Positions 55,106 through 64,000 of a DNA stretch of 64,000 bases are shown piece by piece. The notes below the pieces were generated by a model. It did no database searches, had not been told where the DNA came from, and was given only the letters and a program-made list of their open reading frames with translations. The DNA is from Phoronis australis (taxonomy: Eukaryota; Animalia; Phoronida): the NCBI GenBank assembly GCA_002633005.1, contig NMRA01000449.1, forward strand, positions 248,001 to 312,000, given 5' to 3'. Position 1 is the first letter of the stretch, and every line of letters begins with the position of its first letter. Both the position numbers and the translations under genes were made by a program.

Positions 55106-56013
55106 TTATAATTTAATAACATACCCTCTTCTGCGCCTGTAACAGTAGCATGTACCTCTTTTGCATTTACCCCAGGCGCGTCCCCTGTATCGGCAGTGGA
55201 TGTCACAAGCAACGTCACTTCTCAGGACGTCGCAGGTGAATCGTCGGCTTCTTTCAATCTCTGGGATGGAGTCATTGCATTCATGCATAGCTTTGATAAT
55301 TTCATCATTTAATTATACCGTCGGTCGTTCAAAGAAAGGGTAGTCCGTAAATTACGCTCGTCAAATTAGGCGTACTTTCGAATAGACATTTGAACGACAG
55401 TAAAGAATCTTTCAACTCCCGAATATTACAGTTGTAACACGCTCACGTACATGTATTACTGTGTGAAACATTCTATTCGAACCTCACCTGGAATGATTCG
55501 CATTGTTAATGTCGCTCCTTCATCATCGTTTTGCATTACTTTGATCGAGTCAAGATTAGTTTGAGTGACACGTTTTTTCGACATTGTTGGCCTAAAACAG
55601 TACCCGTAATGGCGCCATTGTGGTAAAAAATGTAACTATAAAACAATAAATAATCTTCTCTACCAACGTGTGCTAAAAGGTGCTGCAACGTCAGCCGTTG
55701 TGCATCTCGATCATCCCATTAAAACTAAATGATAACGTTGTGTTGATCACGGAATCGCTCGTGATGAACAACACGATAAGTTGATGAGTTTATTAGCAAC
55801 AAAAGTGGAAATGCTAATGGAATTGAGTATTGATTTACGCCCAAGGACGTCACTTGAGGTCAGTGTGTATTCCGAATTTTATCATCTTGGACTGGATTGC
55901 AAGTATTATTCATTCTAAACCAAAAACTTACCTGCTTCAGATATCGCCGACGTAACACAAAACAGTGTACCAAATATCAAAATCGCGACCACTAAGCAAA
56001 GTGACTTCTTCAT
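55106..56013 (-). CDS. Insect-type CS-alpha-beta defensin precursor (copy 2, complete, 78 aa)
   Basis: Exon 56013-55932 encodes signal peptide MKKSLCLVVAILIFGTLFCVTSAISEA with donor G|GTAAGT (phase 1). Exon 55260-55106 encodes EIERSRR|FTCDVLRSDVACDIHCRYRGRAWGKCKRGTCYCYRRRRGYVIKL*, with spacing C-x8-C-x3-C-x9-C-x4-C-x-C and an RSRR furin-type site. Confidence 0.9.
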
Positions 56014-56299
56014 GTTTGTGAAGTGTAACCTGTAATGTTTCGGAGATTTTTTCAATTTAAGTTGCTTTTCTCTTTTCACATTTGTGTGTATATTTTGTGA
56101 ACTTTGGTTCAATCCATTACCGTCAATATCGCTTACAGGACATCCATGTTCTAGAAAATTTGTCTCGGAATAACGCTTCCACAAACAACACATCTCTGTT
56201 GAGCATCAATTGATTTGTTATGAAATTTCTGAAATCGTCCTTGCCTCTTCTTATGAAATGCTCGTACGGCGTTCTGATGTTTATCAAGATTCAAGAGAT

Positions 56300-56945
56300 G
56301 ATAATTAATTTACGCCCTTAAAAGTTAATTTGGCGGAAAATAATTAATTTTCTCTGAAGAAAATGAAGTTAATTTGCAATGCAAAAAAGTTTTACTCCGT
56401 AAAAAGATAAGTTACGCTATTAAAATCAGTTTGCGCCGCAAAAAATATGTGTGGCGTTAAAAGTTGATTTACTACGCAAATAATTAATTCACACCATAGA
56501 GAATGAATTTACGCAGTTAAATTTAATTTACGCGGCAAAAAAATTAATTTTCGCCTCAAATTAATTAGTTTACGCCGTTAAAAGTTAATTTACGCCGCAA
56601 ACTGTTAATTTACGCCTCACGAAAATATTTAATTTACGCCGCAAATAATTAGCAGTTGCGTAAAGTAACTTTTAACGGCGTAAAGTAATTATTTGCTGCC
56701 CAAATAAACTTTTAACGGCGTAATTATTTCTTTAAGGTGTAAATTAATTATTTTCGGCGCAAATTGACATTTAACGGCGTAAGATAATTTTTACGGCGTA
56801 AATTGTTTATTTTGCAACTAAAGTCAATCTTTTGGGGCGTAAATTAATCATGTGCGGCGTAATTGAACTTTTAACGGCAAAACATGTCATTTGTGGAGCA
56901 AATTTAAACGACATCAATTAATTATTTACGGCGTAAATTAAAGTT
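56300..56945. repeat. Foldback-like inverted array of a short motif
   Basis: Many AATTTACGCC(G) units, then many reverse-complement CGGCGTAAATT units, switching orientation at ~56650. Confidence 0.75.
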
Positions 56946-57620
56946 AATGTACGCTCGTGATTTTTACGTGTGTAACATTCACCCATTTGGCCAACGATAC
57001 GACTGAAGTCCTGACCGATAAACTTTACTTGAGAATCGTCATACGTAAAAAATACTCGGTGAGTGGCACGAGATTAGTCAATGTTCAAGCAGAGTCTCGA
57101 CTAAATTTTGGTGGTCGTGAACCCTGGTTTACAGCTGGAGTGATCTCATGGAAGTGATGTATGGGATGTTCCGCTCAGATAAGTGAGTTTTTGAATAACA
57201 GTTTCTACACAAAAATGCTTTCTCCAACACAATTCTCTACGAAACTCTAAAAAGTTCCTTTTCCAACTGCTTTTACAAAATTTCTGAAGGGAATATTTTG
57301 TTACGTTAGTCCAGGTTGATGGAATCATGGCGTACCTGGAAACTTTATACGAAAGTCGACTTGTTCATGAAATCTACCCACTAACGGGACCCTATTTTGA
57401 ATCCACTCTTTAAGTGAGTGTGAATCCTATTTTACAAATGCATCTCGTGCCATTCAATAAAATCTAGTACCTCCTGTTTTTTGCTTGATTAATGCACGGT
57501 CATATTTGTAGAAACAACGTCAAGGAACTGATGACTTACATTTCGGGTAGCAGAAAATCTGAAGCACAAAAACGAAAATCATGCATACAGAAATGAAGTC
57601 AGTTGTAGCACTGTACATAC

Positions 57621-57683
57621 CTCCTCAGTTAGTAAACTGATCGTTCGATGCTGTAAAGTTTGTCAAAGTTGAACGATATATAA
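57621..57683 (-). promoter_or_regulatory. Candidate TATA promoter and short non-coding first exon of the defensin gene
   Basis: Minus strand TATATAT at 57682-57676, a CA initiator-like site about 30 nt downstream (~57652), and donor GAG|GTATGT at 57620. A matching acceptor ATTACAG|G at 56030 lies just before the ATG at 56013. Confidence 0.5.
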
Positions 57684-60600
57684 GGCGCTGAATTTATTTG
57701 TATACTCATTTTTCTTGGAATGGCAAATAGAGGGCAACTCTGATCACCGGAATTTGGTAAATTGCTGTATTAATTAAATCCAATTGACACATTTCTGGCT
57801 GACGCCGACACTAATTGCTAATAGTAAAAACGTATCTTTTTGCCGTAAATATATGTACATCTAGATACGCACGTAGAACGCAGTCAACAAGTGATTTCCT
57901 GCCTCTTAAAATACACATGAACGTCCAAGTTTTCTACAATAAAGTAGGAACGTAGAATAAAAAAACAAGTAAACGAATCTTACAGAATTTCAATTGCGCA
58001 TTTGGAGACAAGAAATTTTATATCCAAATATCAAGATGTAATTTCATGTATTGAAGGTAATGCTCTGGTTACTAAAAAATAACCGCATCGCAAAATTGTA
58101 ATTCTTGTAAGGGAAACTCTGTTTTTCAATAACCTAAAACCATACAGACGTATGCATTGAAAATCAACTTTCTTTCCTCTACTGTGGTCATTGACCATTA
58201 ACTTCCATGCACGCCGTATTCAAACGAACAATCGGTTAGTTTAAAAAAATATTGACGTAATAATTAAATCTCTTTGCCACTTCTTTAGAACTTCGAGGAA
58301 AGTCGTATCTAGACAACACACTTTTGAACCAATCGTATCAATCTTACTTTCAAAGCCAGAACGAATGAACATTTTCACGGCATCGTGTTTTCACTGCGCT
58401 AAACCTCAGAGCGAAGTTTCGCCTGGGCTAGAGGTCGAAGTGAAATGTGCCACGTGATTGTCAAATGCAGGCTCTAACTTTTGTGGTATGTAAGCCCTGT
58501 TTATTGTAAGTATATATCATGTACCGCGATACTGTCATTTCAGTGACCTTGAAAACTAAGAGTTAGGTTGTATATATACAATGTGTAGTAATGTACATGA
58601 TCACGTCACTAGGAAATAGACGAACTTCTTATCGAACGAGCATAAGTCTAATAGCCGAAGATAATTGTGCACGGACTGTACGTATTTCTTTATTACCTAA
58701 GCAACTGAAGTCAATTTAATTGTAACATAGTGAACTGATATTTATGTTTCGAAATCCGATTGCAGTTATCTTTCATGCTGTACGGAATCATTAATTCCTG
58801 AAAATGTGTAGTTCTTCAAAAAGCAGTTTTACGATTTGATAGCTAGGGTTGTTTCTTACTTTTTATGACCCTGCTCGCAACGCTTGATTAACTCTGTTCG
58901 TGGCTGGAACCACATTTTGAATGATTCTCGCTGACCGAAATTAAGTATAGAAGCCTGCTGCTCAGCGTTACTCGTAATAATTGCCGGAATATCTGGACCT
59001 CGCCTGTACATTGCTAGCCCAAACGTAAAAGTCTGTGTAAAGGGGAAATTCATGTAATGTACGAAGTGGAGTAAAAACTTAGATTTCTAGTTCAGACTAG
59101 AACTTTTACTGCTGGGGTCACCAACTGCTAACTAGGGTTAGACATTTATTCACACAAGCTTGAGCATAGAATAACAAGCATTTGTCATGAGTTCACACAA
59201 AACTCGAAAATGTCAAAAACATTTTAATGAACGATTTCGAGTAAAAATATCAGTTCCCCGGCCCAGATATCGAAAGAGATTTCTTTCGCAAACGTATTAA
59301 CTTTTGCAAGACAAAGTCGCCGTGTTTTCATGCCTTTCTTGAACTGAGATTGATAGCAGTATAACACCTGGGATTCCCCCTGATTTTTAAGCGAGTGAAA
59401 CTAACCTGCCGTGACAAGCCAACTTTCTGTGCCTTGAACTCACTTTTTACAAGCCCGGGAATCATTATTAGTCTGAGTTATGAACTAGACAAGTCGAATA
59501 GATCAACGTTTTTTCCAAACAGATTTTTGTCGATCTAAAGTATCCATAGGCGGATTTGGGATGTCGTGTGGGGGTGCCAACCATAATTTCCCAAGAACAA
59601 TTCCTTAAACTGCTTTGGTCCCATCCTGAGGGTCCCCAATCCCTACGTCCGCCTACGACGTCTTAAGAAATTGATATATCGGAACAGTTTGACGTTAGGT
59701 TGATGAAATTTGGATAAATTTACTCGATGTGCCCTCACTATAAAGTCCTGGTGCGTCTGTGCGTCTGACTTTAGTTTTCGGACAAATCGAAATCTGCTGA
59801 GCCTTAATGACATTTTTAGCTCTCTCCCAATATCAAAGATCTGCCAAATACTCTCTTAATGGATCTCCATAAACCAGAACAGATACGGAGTTGAAGGCCC
59901 CCTACATATTTTTGACGGATCGTACTTGTTACGCTCCATAGTAGCAAATTTGTCATTTCGTTGGCCAGTTTAGTCTTCCCCTCTCTATCTACTGAACAGG
60001 TTGAGGAATTCTCATGCAATTTGGCCGACATTGGTGAGTGTATTCCTCATTGAGTGGAGCGTGACTGACGTTGATTCTCAGACAAATCTGACGTGCTTGC
60101 TGCCCCTAGGGGCATCTGTCAGCCTCATCATCTCCCAAGATACTTTATGTATCGTAATTAAACGTGACATATCGAGGGAAAACGATATCTGTGCATTTTA
60201 AGACAGAACCGATTTGCGCTTCGCCCCCAAGTGACAAATTTAGTACGGTCGTTTGGCGGCGTAAATAACTTCCAAACTACTAAAGAATAGTCGAAAAATT
60301 TGTTTCTTTGAGAGCATTGTTGATGTCGGTTACTTCGTCATCATAGTGGCAATCTTAGTTTTCTAGGCATCTACTTCGACATAAGCCAAGTGCTTTTCTG
60401 GATCCTCATGGAGTTAAATAAACGATTTCACAGGTCACGTACTTTCTGACAGGTGCAAAACGAGCCTTGCCCTCTACCTACAGTATATGGTGCTGTCTTT
60501 GACGCCCGCTTCTTGAAATGTGGCGTGCAAACTCCCACTGATATCTCATTAACGCGCCATTATGAGCATTACCAATATGTATACCTGTAAATTCATACCT

Positions 60601-62610
60601 TTCACATAAGTTCTAACAACTTTTTGTAAATCAAATTGCTGAACATGAGCATGACTTTTAAAGCAAAAATTATGTATAATTTGCATACCTGAAAATTTAA
60701 AACTTTAGTTATTGTTGCCAAGCACAGCTGCAGCTGAGAGATGTGTTTTTTTCCACAACGTGTGGCATATAAGTGTCAATAATGACACAGCCGAGTGTCG
60801 GGATGGATTTTGAACCATGGATATTATTTTTAAGTCTCGTTTTGCCCTGTTTAGTTGTCAAAACACAAAAATCAAAGTGGACTTTTTACTTCTACAAAAC
60901 TGGTCTCCTTACATTCTTCATGACATAATTCCATTTCCATTGCCAACATGGAGCGTTGCGTAAGTCACTCAGGGTTTTGATGTTCTTGTTGGTAACGGAA
61001 ATAGAATCCTATCACAAAAAAAATCTTGTGAGACCGAGTATTTCTGAGTAAAATCTCTCACTTGACTTTCATTTTAAAGCAGTTTTAACTGCTTTAAAAT
61101 GAAAGTCAAGTGTTTAAAAACACATCGAAATACACCGTTTATGTAATATACCGGTATGCTTTTATGAGTGCAATCGGTTTCTGACCTCTAGAATATGCAA
61201 TAATGTACATGTAAATTCCCGTGTAAGTGGATTCGAGAGTAAGAGCTGTTTAAACCTATAAAATTAAAGATATCGACAGGTTTGTCAAAATTTTATTTTA
61301 TACCACTTTCAAATTGTCGGCATTATTTACAACTCCTTTTTCTTCATGAAAACCATCTGCGTTCAGTTTTGGAGTGTTTTTAAAAATACTTATACTCTGG
61401 TAATTTACAACCACGAGGCCAAAGTCCACTCCAGGGTCAGTATTCATGGTATTAAGTAGCGCTCGAGGCAAAGAACAAATCCTCAAATTACAGTAATTAT
61501 ATCTGTAAATATAGAGATGGCAATTTTCCGAATATTGTTAAAAGGACTACAAAGTCGTAAACTGGGTATATGAGTATGTCAATATCAATGAAGTGTAGAA
61601 AATGTGTGGCAAACATTTTAAGTCTTGTCAACACGCCATCAGTTAGCCACATCACGTGATCTAATGAATTAAGTCTAGTTATTGTTGCCGAGTAAAAAAT
61701 TACTTGAACTTGTACAATCAGAAAGTGTCTTTTAAATATTAATAGATTATGCAATCATATAGAATATGAAATGAATATTCAAAAATACGTTCTTTCTGAA
61801 AAACAATAAGTTTGGGGAATACCCTGAACAATGGAAACCCTGACTGGTTAGTTTTGGCTAACAACTATATTGGTGATATAGGTTACCAGTAAAGTTCTTG
61901 TATACATGTGTTTGTGCGTGTGTGCAGTGGCGTGTGCGTGCGTTTGTGTGCGATTGTGCCTCCTCGCCGTGCAACTGAAAATATATCATACTATATTGAA
62001 AAAATGAGGTCAATGATCATGTCTCTCCATTGCAAGTTTATATTTCTTCATCCAATATCTTTCCATATACTCATGCGAACACGAAATATATGCTGTCAAA
62101 AGTGAAAAGCGTTACCATAGCAAAAGAATTTCTGTGTTTATACTAGTTTATTACAGATAAATCATTCAATTGCTGATACATCGAAATCTGCAAATAATCT
62201 AGTTTTCAACCAGTGTTTCATCTTTCGTATTGATCTGTAAGAAAAATACAATGTTTATGTCATTCATACCGTTTTACGGGTACCAGTCAATCTCGAAACT
62301 ACCATTATCAACTATGAAACGCAAACTGCATCTCTGTGACATGGCCTATATATAGACCATGCGTACACATGTACGTTCCACAGACACCTTGCAAAAACGC
62401 AAGACTTCGCGAGATATCGCAACCTGATCACATTAGCTTCCGTCGTGAGATTCTTACGTCTGCAGACTATAACCAAACTCGAGAAAACAAATTCTACTAA
62501 TTTCAAAAGTATCCTCTGGGAAAAGATAATTGTCAGACTATAAAACGGTGAATATTTCATTAGTTGTCGCAAGAAAACATTTTGGTTGATGTTGCGACAT
62601 CAAATAAAGC

Positions 62611-62744
62611 CTACCATCTGTAGCAAACACACGTTCCACCTCTGCATGTCCCACCTCGACGACCGAGGAAACGGCAGTGCATAAAACAGGCTGCGGGGCT
62701 TTTTAGGACGTCGCAGGTGTATCGTCGACTTCTTTGAACTGACT
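62611..62744 (-). CDS. Defensin mature-peptide exon (copy 3); signal exon presumably beyond the window end
   Basis: Acceptor TTCCCACACAG|AG (phase 1), then ESVQRSRR|YTCDVLKSPAACFMHCRFLGRRGGTCRGGTCVCYRW*. Same Cys spacing as copies 1 and 2. Confidence 0.85.
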
Positions 62745-64000
62745 CTGTGTGGGAATAATCAGCAGCAGGTATAAGTATTTTAAGTAGATCTGAAAACTCC
62801 GGTGAAATTATTGTCATATTCCTCACAAACATCATTAGCGTTTATCCCACAAAATACGATTGCCATTTAACAAATTATCAGACTGACAACATACAACTCC
62901 AAATCAAAATAGTGGTCGATCGGTGGTGGTAAGGAGTTATGCAGGAATCTCCCAGCGTGTCTTCAGGAATAGACGATCCACGTTAGAACTACATATTACC
63001 TTAACAGCTACATTTAGCTACAACTGTTTCCTGAGCAATGAGCGACACCTTTAGTCTCTTTTAAACGCTTTTATCAGCGATAAGCATATCTCTGTGTTCC
63101 TTCTCCGAATATACGAGATTTCCGTTACAAGTACCAAGTGTTCTAAATTGGTGAATGTAGAGGAAAGAGTACCTTTAACGAGTCTAATACTTTTAAAATA
63201 CTCTGCCGAGGTTTAACTCCCTCTGCAGAGTGTTAGGCTGCGACCGCGGGGGTTTCAGACTGAAATCTACACTGAGGCTCATGTCGTGACTCGTGAGAAA
63301 ATAACTTTTCTCGACAATGATCTCGCCTTAGCAAGAAGTGCCTCCTTCTCTCTCTATTTTATTTATTTGCGTTTTAAAAGGTTATGTGTGTAAAACAAAT
63401 CATGTGCCCAGGAAAAATCTTAAAATCTGGCTTATCAACACGACTTGATATTTTTGTTAACAAATTGTGGGTGGATTTACGAGCTGTTTCTGAATTTTGA
63501 TGTTGGTAACGTTTCTAAAAACTCTCGCGGCTCAGTGCCCAAAGCAGAGCTGTAAACCAACGCAGAACCTCTGGCACGTACAAAGCGGAATTGACTGCTT
63601 GTTAAGATTTTGAAGTCGATGTCGTATCATGTTAAAGAACATCCAAGTGCACGCTTTCCCCAAAAGGCTAAACTAGAGCGCCCTTCTTGATCAGCGTTAA
63701 CCGGGACATTGAAACACGACACACACGGTGGACGACCATAGACTTATAGGTATCGTCGACCTAGCACCCCAGATGGCGTACTGTCACACTAAGCTCAAAA
63801 TTGTTCGATGCCCGTTCGATTTCTCTTGCAGTTAATCCTCAGCTCATCAAGCAATTTCCTGAAATAGCCAGAGGTCAACAGCCAGCCCTCAACCTATACC
63901 TAGGGGATGTTAGGAAGATCTACGGCCGGTTAGTACACGCTGTCGATTGTGTTGTCACGGCACGGTTGACTGGCACGATCAGTTTCACATTTCTGAAATG

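Larger units (their letters stand above)
50067..55727. repeat. Tandem segmental duplication (50067-~52560 vs 53465-~55727) covering the WARS2 3' end, intergenic DNA and defensin exon 2
   Basis: Colinear similarity is visible throughout, e.g. CTGCTTTTATGATCAGCCACTGCACG, GCAATATGCCCATGCCATGGGTCA and CATCTCGATCAT in both copies. Unrelated filler lies at ~52560-53464. Confidence 0.9.

Overview
Eukaryotic (animal, probably marine invertebrate) genomic DNA with spliceosomal GT-AG introns; the organism cannot be identified from the sequence alone. (1) 5.1-38.2 kb: two tandem + strand paralogues (about 923 aa in 10 coding exons and about 847 aa in 11 coding exons). Each encodes a signal peptide, two GPR158/GPR179-type ectodomains (Cache-like plus EGF-like) joined by a linker with furin-type sites, and a GPI-like tail, with no 7TM domain. 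(2) 43.0-50.3 kb: mitochondrial tryptophanyl-tRNA synthetase (WARS2, 6 exons, 372 aa). (3) 52-62.7 kb: a minus-strand cluster of insect-type CS-alpha-beta defensins. A tandem duplication that includes the WARS2 3' end left two diverged mature-peptide exons behind only one visible signal-peptide exon, and a third defensin exon lies at 62.6 kb. Introns and intergenic DNA hold many non-autonomous DNA transposons (Kolobok-like with a THAP remnant, P-like, CMC-like, HINE-like, a 5-bp-TSD mini element), tRNA-derived fragments, minisatellites and hairpins. All gene models were read by eye from splice sites and reading frame, without database searches.
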